In this document: piece after piece, positions 13,400 through 26,070 of the stretch
Numbering within the stretch: the first letter of the stretch is position 1
How the letters are laid out: each line of letters begins with the position of its first letter
Source of the DNA: Dicyema japonicum
Taxonomy: Eukaryota; Animalia; Dicyemida
NCBI GenBank assembly: GCA_011109175.1
Contig: RDEW01000056.1
Coordinates: 186,001 to 250,000 of the forward strand
Reading direction: 5' to 3'
Length of the DNA: 64,000 nt
Translations under genes and position numbers: made by a program
The notes under the pieces: generated by a model
What the model saw: the letters and a program-made list of their open reading frames with translations, nothing else
The model's database searches: none
Told to the model about the DNA's origin: nothing

Positions 13400-13630
13400 C
13401 TGAGTTCAAATTTAATACGCAGGGTATGGCCATGGTTTACACCAATCTTAAAGATTATCTCCGTAAATGAAATACAATATTTTGATAGAGTCTTATTTGG
13501 CGACTGCTCTCTAATGGCAATTTGGAGTTGCCTTCGATGAATTGTGTCTATTTTAGTGAGTTCAGTACTAAGATCCCCAAATGCTTAAATTGTAATTATG
13601 AATACACTGTATAGTCTGAGGTGAGAATTT
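13400..13630 (-). mobile_element. Old RTE-like LINE fragment
   Basis: Minus strand reads LRLYSVF...LTKIDTIHRRQLQ, the RTE C-terminal motif. Confidence 0.5.
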
Positions 13631-14227
13631 GCTTCTGTTGTTTTATTTCATCAAACCCGTTGTATTTGGTCAGGGCAATTGCTGCCGGCTTATCTGTGTT
13701 ACATGTCCCCATTTACTTGGAGAGCCACTCAAATTCCTTTCTGGATTCACCTATTGGTTGGTTTTATTGTTTTGCACGTTTTCTTTCCTTCCAACATTAG
13801 CGTCAAGTATGAGAATACACGTGATGAGCTTATATTATAGTTTTGATTACTGAGGACCTGCAAACAAAATTGATATGAGTCTCCTTGTGGAAGACCAGGT
13901 TGTTCAAGTAGGGGGATTTCAAGTTACCGAGATGGGTTTTTCTAATAGTTAAGAAACTGTCGTTTATTTCTATATGTCGAAAGCTCGTAAAATCTATTCA
14001 CATGACGTGAAAAAGGTTTTTTATTTCTGGGACAATAGAACACCTATGTGCCCATTATCATTGAATGTAGCGTTTTTTTATTTTATTTAAAAATTAACGA
14101 AAAATGGTCGGCCAAACAATTTTTAGTAATAAAATTTTTTAATATTATTTTAAATTTTTTTAATTTAGTATCTTGCTTATGCTAAACGTGCTTGAAGCCC
14201 GTTAGTGCCTTTTTGGAAATATTCTAC

Positions 14228-14480
14228 GAATGAGTGAACAGACACCATGCAATGCCGCCATGGAAGAATTTTTCGGCCATATTTTATTTCCTGCTTTCAG
14301 AGACGTCCAAGAAGTTGTCCTCCAAGGACACTTTCTGAATTACGCAGTGATCGGGTGCCGACTGATCGATGCAGACGATCTGGACGAAATCAGAAAACGA
14401 GCATGACAGCGAAAAGGATATCAAAGACTAACGGAAGGGATAATCGAAAAACATGTCACTTTAGCTTACACATAAATGTT
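14228..14480 (+). mobile_element. RTE-like 3' end fragment
   Basis: An alternative frame to the listed ORF reads FFGHIL...DADDLDEIRKRA*QRKGYQRLTEGI, matching RTE C-termini elsewhere in the window. Confidence 0.55.
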
Positions 14481-14912
14481 CTAAAATTTCATCATTTCTG
14501 TGTAAGCTGAACGAATAAACTCTTATGTAATTTGATCTGCATTTTGCTAATAGTTGCTATTTTCAAAGACAACGTAAATTACAAATTATTAGTTAACCAC
14601 AAAAAACGGTCTCGCTTTACTAATAAACTGAAAACGTTAAGAAAAATTAAACATGGCGTGGGTAAATTGGTAGAGAATGTGTTTCTCCCAGACCCAGTAC
14701 GCTGTAAACAGAGCGAATGTATCATAACTTGCTAATAATGAATGATTATTACAAGAAACTGAGAACTATTAAATAAATGACCACTTAGTGTTTGGTCATT
14801 ACATACGGCCATTTCCAACAGTCTTGTTTTGCCGTTCACAGCCAGGCATTTTTGACTTTCTGGATGCATAAGAAAGCCTGATTTCTGGAGATAAAAAGAA
14901 AATTCAACATGA

Positions 14913-15177
14913 ATGAATATCTGAGAGTCTTCAAAATCTTTGAATTCCTCAACCGAAAAGTCATCATAATATGTGAGGCAGAAATCATCCCGTCTGAGTT
15001 TGTTTTCCCTAGAAAAAAACCAAATCTGATATAATTCAAATAATAAACCTGGGTTTCTGCCGTTTCGTCACAAATCAACCCCAAAACGAGGAAATTCACA
15101 TTGGGTTTTCAACGTGAAAGAATATCTGAGAGTCTTTAAAATCTTTGCATTCCTCAACCGAAAAGTCATCATAATAT
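14913..15177. repeat. ~205-bp tandem duplication within the GALNT ricin domain
   Basis: 14913-14972 recurs at 15119-15177, and 14961-15107 recurs at 15505-15650. Confidence 0.85.
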
Positions 15178-15503
15178 AATAATAATAAAGTTTTTTCTCG
15201 AGAGCCATAGTATTTTATAGCTCCGCATAGGCAGGACACACACTTTAATTAAGTAAAGAACAGTTATTTTTGACTAATCGTAGAACCAGGAATGATCTTC
15301 ACTTCTTTTTTTTCTTTTTCTTGTGTGAGTTTCCTTTCTAGACAATCCAGTTCCGCAGTGAGTATTCACTGATGACGGCGTCACTCGTCAAACCATTTCT
15401 GCATCGTAGATGCGTGGAAACTTCCACCAGGTGAACAGCAGCGAGATTCGAACCCGTGGCCTAAGCCACTTAAGCCCGACACCTAATCACTAAGCCACCC
15501 GGC
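15178..15503 (-). mobile_element. Full-length tRNA-derived SINE with 12-bp TSD
   Basis: Head GCCGGGTGGCTTAGTGATTAGG..GGTTCGAATC contains A and B boxes, and the tail is (TTA)n. TCATCATAATAT flanks both sides (15166-15177, 15505-15516). Confidence 0.88.
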
Positions 15504-17986
15504 TTCATCATAATATGTGAGGCAGAAATCATCCCGTCTGAGTTTGTTTTCCGTAGAATGGAACCAAATCTGATATAATTCAGATAATAAACCTGGGTCT
15601 CTGCCGCTTCGTCACCAATCAACCCCAAAACGGGGAGACTCACATTAGGTTTATCAGCTGGGTGGTCGATGCACAATACAGTGTCCTTGTTTTTGATCTA
15701 TTAGGTTTACGGGTGATTGTATGAACCTGTCCCAAGTTATGAGCACTTTTTGGGTAAAATTTGGAGGGATATATGTTATCCAAGTGCCATCGAAGGACTG
15801 GCAATTCAGCTTCTTTCTGAGTTCGATTCTGTCAGAGATATCTCCGTAATCCAAGGTCTTTGAATGAGTGAATTGATTACTTTCTGACATGCGAAGAATT
15901 AATGAAATAATATTTGTATTCGTCTATCCACATGTGAGCTAGTCGCAGTGAATTTATGGTAAACACATCCATCTTTATTTCGGACAGATATGGATTGTTG
16001 GTACAGAAGATGTGCCCCACTAACGAACAAGGATGCATTAGAAGAGATCCCCCACACATCCAAGTCTACATATTGGGTTAAATTATATTCTGAAAGATAT
16101 CTCCAAGTTTTCACCTCCCCAAATCTCCATTTGGGGTCATATGCTCCCATTTCATAGAAAACTTTGCGATTCACATCAACGATTCCCCCCAGCAATAGTA
16201 GGGGTTATGATTTGTAACGAAAAGTACCAACCTGATTGGATCTGCCTCTGAGTTCATCCTGTGAGCTCTTCGTATGTTAGGGAGTGCCATTTGAACACAA
16301 GATTCCACGAGAACCCACCGACTTGGATATACCAACCAATCGGTACAAACCGCAGAGTCATATCATCAATCGCGTTGATATTGGGGGTAATGATTGTTTT
16401 GTTATTTTGTTTGACCACACTCAGAAGAGGTTCAATCCAACCTAGGAATGTTAGAATATCTTCTACCAGGTGTTGTCTCACAATGGGAGTCAAGGAAGAT
16501 GAGGACATCTCCCGTAGCTTTCTTTGCTCCCTCCATTTAAGCCCGAATCAGTCAAGCTCTTTTTAGGAAACGAACAAGTTTCACACGTTTTTAAAAGGTT
16601 TGAATAATGTAAGTCTCCAAAAGAGAGACTAGTCAGGCGTTCTTTGCATAATTGTGACTAAATGCCAAGATTACTTCATGGTCCACCAAAATAATCTCCT
16701 TGACAAGTCTGGAGGGAGATCTGTCGAGGATGGAGGAAACTGTTCTCAGCAAAGTGGAAAGTGCTTCATTGTGGAAGCAAATTATGACTGAGGACGTAAG
16801 CAGTGTGGAAACATCATATTTTATATTTTTACATCTAAATTTGTATTAGTGTTTTTAATTTTCAAATAAGAAATTTAATGTAAAATGATACATTACTCTG
16901 GAAGTCACCCATCGATGACGCTTTTTCTAAGAGAAATCTTGTCGCTGGTAAATTGGTTGAATCAAGTTGTATTCCTTCATGAGGGGCGGACTCATGTTGT
17001 AGGATTCCATGGAAAATCCCTTCCCATATTCACCTGTAATTAGCAAAACTAAAAACCTGGAGCATCATCACTGACAACGTAATCAATGAGGGAAATGTGC
17101 ATGGACACTCCTCCCATTATGGAGGATCTTCGACGAATTGGTATACTGATAGGAAGTTTAATGCTACTGGAGTTTATCGTTAGTATTGAGATTAATGATG
17201 TAAACATAATTACTAATAAAAAAATTATAATTCTGGATTTTCTTTTTTGTAAAGTGAACATTATTCAAAATTTAGAATTTATGTTGTGGTGTTTTTAAAT
17301 TTTAAAAATTTTATTTTATTAAATTTAAAATTTTTTTAAATAATATAAATAAATTTAATTAATACAAAAAAATTAGAACCAAAAATAGTATTCCAAAAAT
17401 AGTATACAGACTGTGAATGTTCATGTCCGTTAGTCTTGATCTGAAAGAGGATTTAATTTCATTGTTGAAAAAGATCATTCGTATGCGTAACTGCCAAGCA
17501 TTGCATGAATTCGTAGAGATAGAGGATATAGTTGAAGAGATCTTCACGTAGAAGAATTTATATAATTCTGGAATTCCAACTCGAGCATGTTTTTCTTTAA
17601 CGGGGAGTCATTGTGAAGTCTCCATTTGAAACGGTTTAGCATCGAGTTTACCATTTATTGACATTAGTGGTAACAATGTGATACTCTACTATCAAAAAAT
17701 TTGAAAACGTTCGTCAAAGTTTTTATAACTCCAAGTCCACAATAAATTTCATAGTCATCTTTATGGTTAGACTCGTATGCCTTTTTATACTCTATTCGTA
17801 CTCCAGTTGTATCCATACAGATTATTCATTGAACTTTTTGTTTCAAATCTGTAACAAATTATAAATGCAATTTTTTTGAGAAAGTTTGTTTTCTAGTTAT
17901 ATATTTCCTTTTTTGAGGTACATACATTTTTCCAGAACAACAAAAAACAGATTAATGATAATAGCCCCAGAGGACACTGTTACATA

Positions 17987-18265
17987 AACTAACTAATCAC
18001 GTGATCCCAGCACGCACTAACAGGGGCCTCATCTTGGCCTGATGCTCCTCCCTCGACCCCACACAAGCACGTATCGGTCGAGTGACTAAACCTTCGCAGT
18101 CAAGACGGCGCGTTCCATGGATCATTCGTATCAAGGCTTCAAGTTGCAATGGTGGCTGGAACTCTCCAGAAATCCAGCGTTCCGTGATTTTGGAGGCTCT
18201 TTTCCGGCTAACCTCGATCTTCAAGACATTCGTCCATAGATTAGAGAGCATGACTGTCAAAATTA
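17987..18265 (-). mobile_element. Ingi/Vingi-like LINE 3' end
   Basis: ORF ...EALIRMIHGTR...REEHQAKMRPLLVRAGIT* ends in the GGGATCACGTGATTAGTT motif. Confidence 0.75.
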
Positions 18266-18339
18266 TTTTATTTCAAAATAAATAACATAATTTAAAAATT
18301 ATATTAATTTTTTAGATTATTTTTTGGGCCGCGTGGTTG

Positions 18340-19330
18340 AGACCCCTTGGTTAGAAGGAGTACTTCTGGGGTATTGCCTACAAAATCATTTGTATCCCTC
18401 TTTACATCTTGTAAACAACGTTATACAAAAAGAGACCTAAGACCATATGTCGGCCTGGGTCACTTAGGAACTTTCTGTCCTTTTAACCTGGTGATCCGGA
18501 TAACAATTATACAGAGATGGTTGAAATCATTTCTGCTGGCTCACTGGACATACTTACCCCCCCCCCCCAAACAGAGTCCCGAAAGGCTCTGCCCTCTCTA
18601 CGGCTTTGTTCAATTTCTACCTGAGTACCATATCCGAGCTGGAAGATACTCTGGTCCTGTCCAATGCGGATGAATTGATCCTCGCGGCTCAAGATAGAAA
18701 CATCAGTTCCACCTTAGCTCCTCTCCAAGCAGACTTTGATTCTCTAGAGTCTTGGTTGTCAACCAATCACCACTCTCCCTCCAAGTCCAGCTTCAAACAT
18801 GAAACCGTAGCTGAAAATTTTTGGGGAAGTCTCAGAAAATCCTGGGAGTAATCTACGACAAATGCTTTACATTCTCCCACGTGGACCACGTAGTTGCAAA
18901 AGCAAACAAGAAATTGAACGCCCTCCATCGGTGACCGGATCTATCTTCGGCCAAGACAAGGATACCCATAGAATAATCTACAAACACTATATCAGGACCG
19001 CCTTGAATTACCCGAACCCTTCGGGCCTCATCCCTCGCAACTTGCAACATCAAATGAACACATGCACACCGTCCGACCACCTCCATTGAGAATCCACTAT
19101 CTCCTAGTGGAAGATTACTTTGCAAGAGGAACCTCGAATTTTAGAAGAAACTACGGAACCAGAACATCTTTTCCACTTCCTAACTCACATGAAGAATAGC
19201 AGAAAGATAATTTCCGATCATGCGGCTCCTGTTTCGTTAAGTGGCTAAAATCCCTCAGCCACCTCCCGATAAAACCAAGTCAAAGAGTATACATGACCAC
19301 ATCTCTACCAAAGCCATCCAAAGACTGATC
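18340..19330 (+). mobile_element. Ingi/Jockey-like RT fragment
   Basis: GVLP, LFNFYLS..SNADEL (degenerate YADD), and IYKHYIRTALNY. Confidence 0.6.
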
Positions 19331-20459
19331 TTAAACGATAACTCTCCCCAATTGACGGATGAGTACGATCTGGACTTTTTTTTTAGAGACTAATTTGTCT
19401 CTCGGCTTCCATAACCAGACCAACTATCAATGATACCACAAGAAACTTTCTCCTGTCGTGACCTCCAGTACACATCGAAGACTTGTAGAAGCGTCCTGGA
19501 CCTTCTGGGCTACTAACTAATATAATTGACATCCATAAAACAGAGAATATATTTACGTCATTTGGAGACTTATTGACTTCTTCCCCCTTGCATCTATTCC
19601 CCACTCTTATTCTCATCTAAAATATAAAATGTTTCCACTAACCTCCCATTGATATAGTTTGTCATAATTACTTTCCGGATTACATCCTTTTTGGAAGATA
19701 AATGATGAGTCATTCAATTACTTTGACCCAGCGGGAAATTTAGATAGCGTATCTCCATCATGAATGCCCCGTATAGTGGCCGCATTTCTTAAAGACGCGG
19801 AAGAATTGGATTCCGAGATTTGTATCTTACTACAAGTCTTCCTCATTAAATTATGGTAACGCAATAGGTTCTGTATGTTTTTCTGATACTGAAAACATAT
19901 AGAGGAGCTGAAGGTAAAAAAGGTTGAATTTATTATTTATAGATCAAAATAAGACAGATATGTTAAAATTAGAAAAATCGATCGGGGACCACCAACGGCA
20001 TAGGCACAACAGCGGACCGTGCCATTAATATTTAAATTTAGATTTTGGGGGTCAATTCGTATTTTAAGGCTACAAGGGATCGGCATTAAAGAAAGAGTTT
20101 CGTATTTTAAGGCTACAATGTCGCTCCATGACGACGAGTTTTGACTCGTTTCAACTTATTGACAATGTCCTCTAGCTCACTGTGTTTTGATAATGTCTCT
20201 GCTAGAATGCATCTGGATAAGGGATCAGTAAGTTTGGTTTACATTTGGTCTTAGGAATAATTTCGTCTTATTCATTTCAGAATATTTTCCATTTAAATTT
20301 AAGAGAAAGCAGTTCCAGTTAAGAGCTTCAGGATGACGATGAATCCCAAGCTCAGTCACAAAGTGTTAGGTCTTAATTTAGAAACAGGTTGTTTTTTCTC
20401 TTTCAGGTGATAATCTGCATATTTAGTTATTACCCAAGAATCACCAAGTTAAAGAAAGA

Positions 20460-22975
20460 GTCCTTAACTAGTAGCTAAGTGATCCCAATCGTTTGAGACG
20501 GATTTTTTCCATACATATCCACATCATGGAACCCCTTCAGTGGAGTAGGGAAGACTCTTTCTGGATGCCTGCAAAGCACTGACATCTCTGAGACAGGTGG
20601 ATAGCATGTCTCTTAACATTTGAAGAAGATACATAAAATAACAAAAACCTGAAGCTGAAAAATTTTATTTCAAAACGGGATTAGGAGCCTTTGCTGTTTC
20701 GACACTTCCAATAAGACTGTACATGATGACTTCGTAAACGGCTGATTCTCATAAAGTTTGACTTCTCTGTTGAGAGTTTCATCTCTCTCCGGTCACACCA
20801 GTCTTGCACTCGGTCAATAAATATGAGTCTTCTCTCGAGAGTGTTGATCTCCCAGACATATCCATGATTAGGATGTCGTTTGCGTATATTAATAGTTTAG
20901 AGTTAGGGTCCGACTGAGTTAGAAGTCTGATGAGAAGGTGTGAACAGTAGGGGACTCAAAACAGAGCCCTGCTGAACACCCCTCTTTAGTAAAACGTCTC
21001 CAGATACATTTCTTCCAATGCGCACTTGAGAAGTCTTTTCCGTTAGGAAGTCTCTTAACCATATGAGTTGTTTTGGAATATCTGTAGCCACAAGCCTTGA
21101 CATAAAGGTCTCATGCCACACGCTATTGAAGGCCTTGGATAGGTCAAAGCATACCATGTTTGCTTGTCTCTTGAATCTCGATCCTTTCAGTATTTCCAAA
21201 TGCATTTGGTGGATGCAATCCGTATAAGATTTTCCGTCTTGAAGCCCCATTGTTCCGCGAGGAGGAAATCGCCCTCTTCTATAGTCCACTCAATTTCTTG
21301 AAGAAATTCGCTCAACAATCTAGGAGATCGAGCATATGAATTGGATCGGCCTATAGTTGAGAGGGTCCCTCCCCGACTTTTCTGGTTTTAGGATCATCTT
21401 TTCCATCGTTTTGGGACATATCCATGGTCAATGCATGCGTTGAACAAGTTCGACGTCCTCTAAGGTGATTTTCATCTCGACATCCTTGGGTCGTTCAGAG
21501 AGTATAGCAAAGTTTTTGCTACGCCTCATCTCCTCACAGGGGATCAACACCAATGGTTGGACTCCCTGGATTTGGTCCAATTGTCTTTTGAAGATTGTCA
21601 GGGCTTCTTTTGCATAGTGCGAGCCCCATCCGAGTTGTTCAAGATGATTTTCCTTTCTTCGTTTTTTTGGCCAGTTATTCTTTTGTAGATTCTCCAGAAG
21701 GAGGGATCTTTGGCGCCCTACTTCACTCCAGACCCAATCTTGTTCCCTCTCGATGGCTCTTTTGGTTATCTTTAGTCGATGGTGAGCCATTCGGTCTATT
21801 CGGTCAGCACATCTTCTTAGCTTAGTTCTCAGACGGTTTTTCTTTGATCAACCCAAGGTAATGGGTTAAATGTCGATACTTTTCTGCGGCTTGCACTCGA
21901 GAATTTCTTGGCATATAGTAGCAAATATGTCTCAATCAGGATTGCGAGATCTCGGTCCATATTATCGATTTCAATCGGTGACATGGGTTCCTTCGTCCGA
22001 CTTTGTTCCATGTGAGGTAACTTCGGTACTGTTCCCAGTCAATTCGCGTCATGTCATATTTTATGAACATATCTTCTGTGATATCTGGAGTTAGGTATAG
22101 AACTAATTCCTAAGGATCACTGCCAATCTCCCGCATGGACCTCGGCCTCTCCACAAGTGCAAGTGATGGTGATATTAGGTACACACCAAGCATTTCTCCT
22201 CCATGATGAAAGAAGTGGTTTGGCTCCTCTGACGTCATGATTTCGAACCCGGCTTTCTCACCAAGATTTCTAGTCTTCATCATCCCCTTTAGTTCTCTAG
22301 CATCCGTAGTTAATGTTCTTGGGCGTTCAGGTCACGAGTCCAACAGGGTATCTCAATGGACACGATTTTTGCATTGTATGAACGTGATAATTTTCGGTTT
22401 CCGTTTTTGTAAGTCATCACTGTAGAACAAGGTGGTTCCAGTGTCAGTCACGGCGCCTTTCGTCCACGGTATTTTTATATAGTTGAATCCTTCCAGTTTA
22501 GTAGTGTTGGTTTTTTTCACCTTGGTCTCGTTGACCTCCAGGACGTCAATCCTGGTGGCTGTCGAAAATAGTCCTTGATCATGATGCTTTTTCATCGGGG
22601 ATCGGGCATTCACCAACACTATCATCAGACCTCTTGTCAATTGTTTTTTAGGTGGCCTAGGCTCTCCATTGCCAGGTCCACCATCTTTCTTAAATCCACA
22701 CCAAGGATTTTGCTTAGTTATTAGCCTTGATTGTACAGACAGTCCTTTGAACAAAATACGCTCAATACCTTCAAATTTCTCGAAATACAAGATGGTGTTA
22801 TACATAATAAAGAGGGTACTACAGAATGCCGTCGTTTTTGTCCTCCTTAACAATCTGGAAGTCTTCTAGATGTACGAATGACTTACATAATTGCGTAGAT
22901 GTGGAAATGACTATATTGCTAGCATTTCTCTACGTTAGTGTCCACAACCGACACCGGCGCACCACACTGAGACTC
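20460..22975 (-). mobile_element. Decayed Ingi/Vingi-like LINE (APE + RT)
   Basis: VNARS..IDVLEVNETK (APE) at 22353-22620, and FDLSKAFNSV..RGVQQGSVLSPLLF at 20903-21289. End motif at 20466-20486; partial 5' ribozyme-like remnant at 22935-22965. Confidence 0.75.
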
Positions 22976-23029
22976 GTTATCCCCGGATCTATTTATAATA
23001 TACATGGAGGCAACTCTTAGACATCTCCA

Positions 23030-23260
23030 CAAAAAGAATTGTTTCACTAACGTGATGGAAGTAATCTACGTCGATGATATTGATTTCATCTGATACGCTG
23101 GAAACCATACTAAGAGTGATCCCTCAAGACTTGGAGGACTGGTTCCTGGTGGTAAACTCAGACAAAACGGAAAGAACTAGGATATCCCGTTGCACGACAA
23201 AAGACGAGGAAAAGTGGAGCAAGAAAGTTCGATCATCCCTCGGGGACTCGTTTAAGATTG
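23030..23260 (+). mobile_element. RTE RT fragment
   Basis: IYVDDIDF..WFLVVNSDKTE, homologous to the RTE ORF at 44675-46057. Confidence 0.55.
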
Positions 23261-23604
23261 AAAATCAAAATTCTTCCTAACTCCTTACTTTTTTTTAAAA
23301 GAATAATTTCTCATTAACATAAAAATGTCTTCCGTTTATGGGATCCCCGACACCCTTTCCCCTTATGTGTAGATCAGAGATAATGCTCCACTTAACTCAA
23401 GCCAATTGGCTACTTGTTATATATAATCGATACTTTATCGTTGTGGTCGCACATTGCACGTTGTGGTTGTTGTGGTGCTAAGAAGAAAGAAAGAAAAAAA
23501 AGGAAAATCAGAAAAAAATGCAGAAAAATAATTAGGCTAAGTCTCACTCTGCACACCTCCCTGATGTAGATCAAGCTACACTCAAAGAATTACTACTTTT
23601 ACCT

Positions 23605-26070
23605 ATGAGGTCAAAAGAGCTGTGTGAGTTTTGCGGATATTGCAACGCGAGGAATTACGGTTTGAATTGTACATCTTGCAATGGATATTTCCACCTCGGG
23701 TGTGTCCGAATATCGAAATTGGCTGTGAGATCTCTTTACAAATGGGAATGCGCATACTGTATGGATTCAGACCCCGCTCGGTTAGCCATCCGACTGAATT
23801 CAGTCATCCCTCTTACTCTTATTCTGGACAAATCGACCTTTTTGTTACGCCTATCGGAGAGTCGGAAAGGTAGACGGATTCCACTGATAATATCAAAGGC
23901 CGCTCGAATTCCGTGCTGAATGCCTTACGTCATTAATTGATAAAGCCATCAGCACCAGAGACCAGACCTCTTGGATACGTTTACTGAGCTTTGCACCTAT
24001 GACCCTTGGAATTTCTGCCTCAGAGCAAGCTCGCAACGGATCACTGGCCTCAAAAATCAAGAAGAATACTTTGCCTTTTTGGCCACTTCAACGCAGCAAG
24101 ACTCTGGAATCGAGCCTGAAGCAAGTATTTCGGTGCAAACAGTTATCTACAGAAGCTGGGAGTAAACAGGAAGATTCTAAAGCATTTCGAGAGAGGGTGA
24201 ACGAAAACTAATGGAAGGGGACGTTCGCGAGCTGTAAGAGTGGTGTATTATGACGAAACGCTGTTGAAGTCTTGGAGTTATTGAGAAGGAAGCACCCTGC
24301 TCCCTCACTGAACTAGCGGAACTTGACAATGCCAGAAGACCTCCCAGCATTTACTTCCACGGAATTTGAAGTGTGCGTGGAATAAAGTCTTTTGCACTCA
24401 GCAGCTGCGGAGGCCTGGACGGACTGCGCCCAAGCCATATAAAACTTAACCTCTGAAGCTACTGCTGAAACGCCCGTGCCTTGTTAACGTCTATCAATTT
24501 GCTGATCACTCGAATAGTTAATGGTGATATTCCAAAATTTGTTAGAGACCTTTTTTGTTGACATCCATTAACATTCCGAAAAGGAGATGGAGGTGTCCGC
24601 CCAATTGCGATCGGTACATACTTTCGAAGCTTTCTGTTAAAATCGCTGCCAGGAGAATCTCCCACAATGTTGCTGAAGAGCAGTTTCCGACTCAACTTGG
24701 GGTGGGAGAGAACGTCGGTTGCGAGGCAGCAGTCAACGCCGCGAAAAGTTACTTCAACAACAATAATTCCCAAAGGCTAGGACTGAAGTTTGATATATCA
24801 AATGCCTTCAACACGCTGAGGAGAGACTGTATTTTGGAAACCTGTTGGAAGTGAGCTCCAGAGATTGGCCGACTTGTACACTTATCAATTGAGACGGACT
24901 CAGCCTTAGTTTACTGAAACGATATCGTTTATTCACGTACAGGCGTTTAGTAGGGAAACCCTCTATAGTTTTTGCTTTTGCAATGACAATTGACACAGTG
25001 GCACGAAGCATAAACTGCGAAATCAATTTGTGGTACTTGGACGACGCTACAATAGCTGGCCCATGGAGAACGTATATCAGGATATTCCTTCAACGATTCC
25101 AGCTCTAAACGAATTGGGTTTAAGTGTCAACTTTATGAAATCGGAACTGATCAATATTTCCTGCTCATTTCCAAACTTTTCTACTGCCTGCCAAGAATTC
25201 AGATCCCTACTTCCAGATTTCAGCATATCCTCCTTGGACAAGGTACACTTCCTAGGCTGCCCTTTCGAAACGACGAGCTAAAATATGCCTTACCAGTAAG
25301 AATAATGAAGTTGAAGCCTTTAAAAGAGAGTATCATCTTTGGATCCACATGTGTCTTTCTTCTTGCTCAAGAAATGTATTTCCTTGTCGAAGATGATGTA
25401 CATTTTGAGATGTTCACCATGTTTTGAACACCGGAATGCACTGTCGGCTGATGGGACTCTGAGACGATCGGCGGAGTCAATAATGAATGTCAAATTCGAT
25501 GATCTATGCTGGACTATGTGCATACAACCTGCGAGAAATGGGAGCATTGGGTTGAGATCCCCCTTGAAGCCTCCTGCCTGCCTACTTTTCATCCCTTGCG
25601 AGTTGCAGTCGTTTGGCCCAAGCAGTTTTACGTAACGCAACCGGACGTACCTTGGGCTCGAAGCTTGACAGAGTTTGCAAGTGGTGGGGTGAGTTGGACT
25701 TTGAATTCGCGTCGAACCTCGCTTACCAGAAGAGTTGAGACTCAATCGAATGTATGAGGACTCTGGAAGCCGTGAAGAACAGCGCCAACCAACACCGACT
25801 ATCGAGCATTGAGTCGGCTGCACATCGCGGAAATAAAGTTTGGCTCGAGGTCCTACATTGCACACATCTGGGGAGCCTCCTTGACGAAAATAGCTTGAGG
25901 ATCTGGGTGGTACTGCGCCTGGGACTGGATATATGACAAATGCCGTTGCGGCGGGGACGTTGATACAAAAAGATTACATCCACTCTCTTGCATCTCTGCC
26001 CTCAAGGCTGCAGAAACTTGAGGCAGAAACTCGAAATAGCAATTATCAGGAGTAACGCTTTCGCCATTCT
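23605..26070 (+). mobile_element. CRE-like non-LTR retrotransposon with N-terminal PHD finger, decayed; REL domain largely deleted
   Basis: C4HC3 PHD (CEFC..CTSCNGYFHLGCV..WECAYC) followed by RRIPLIISKAAR. RT motifs GLDGLRPSH, PIAIG, QLGVGENVGCEA, FDISNAFN and YLDD. C-terminal LGSLLD..LRI..LRLG and QKLEIAIIRSNAFAIL. Confidence 0.8.

Larger units (their letters stand above)
14740..17261 (-). pseudogene. GALNT: Polypeptide N-acetylgalactosaminyltransferase (GT27 + ricin-B lectin) pseudogene with tiny introns
   Basis: Spliced reconstruction gives an N-terminal TM (RIIIFLLVIMF), [111 protein letters not shown] and ricin IWF..RRDDFCL. It is disrupted by in-frame stops near 16530-16600, frameshifts, a mutated splice donor and a SINE insertion. 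Confidence 0.92.

Noticed and set aside
15430-15503. Functional tRNA gene
   Set aside because: A and B boxes are present but there is no closed acceptor stem; it continues into a repeated body with a tail and TSD, so it is a SINE.
16420-16500. Apparent deletion of the GALNT catalytic DxH motif in the ORF track (ILTFLGWIEPLL)
   Set aside because: This is an artefact of a 25-nt intron (16442-16466); splicing gives IFLDSHCETTPGWIEPLL with DSH intact.
20056-20118. Mini-CRISPR (repeat-spacer-repeat)
   Set aside because: Only two repeats, non-palindromic, with no cas context.
22650-22690. Third 2A peptide (GPGNGEPRPP) before the APE at 22.6 kb
   Set aside because: It lacks the DxExNPGP consensus in every frame and is too degenerate to call.
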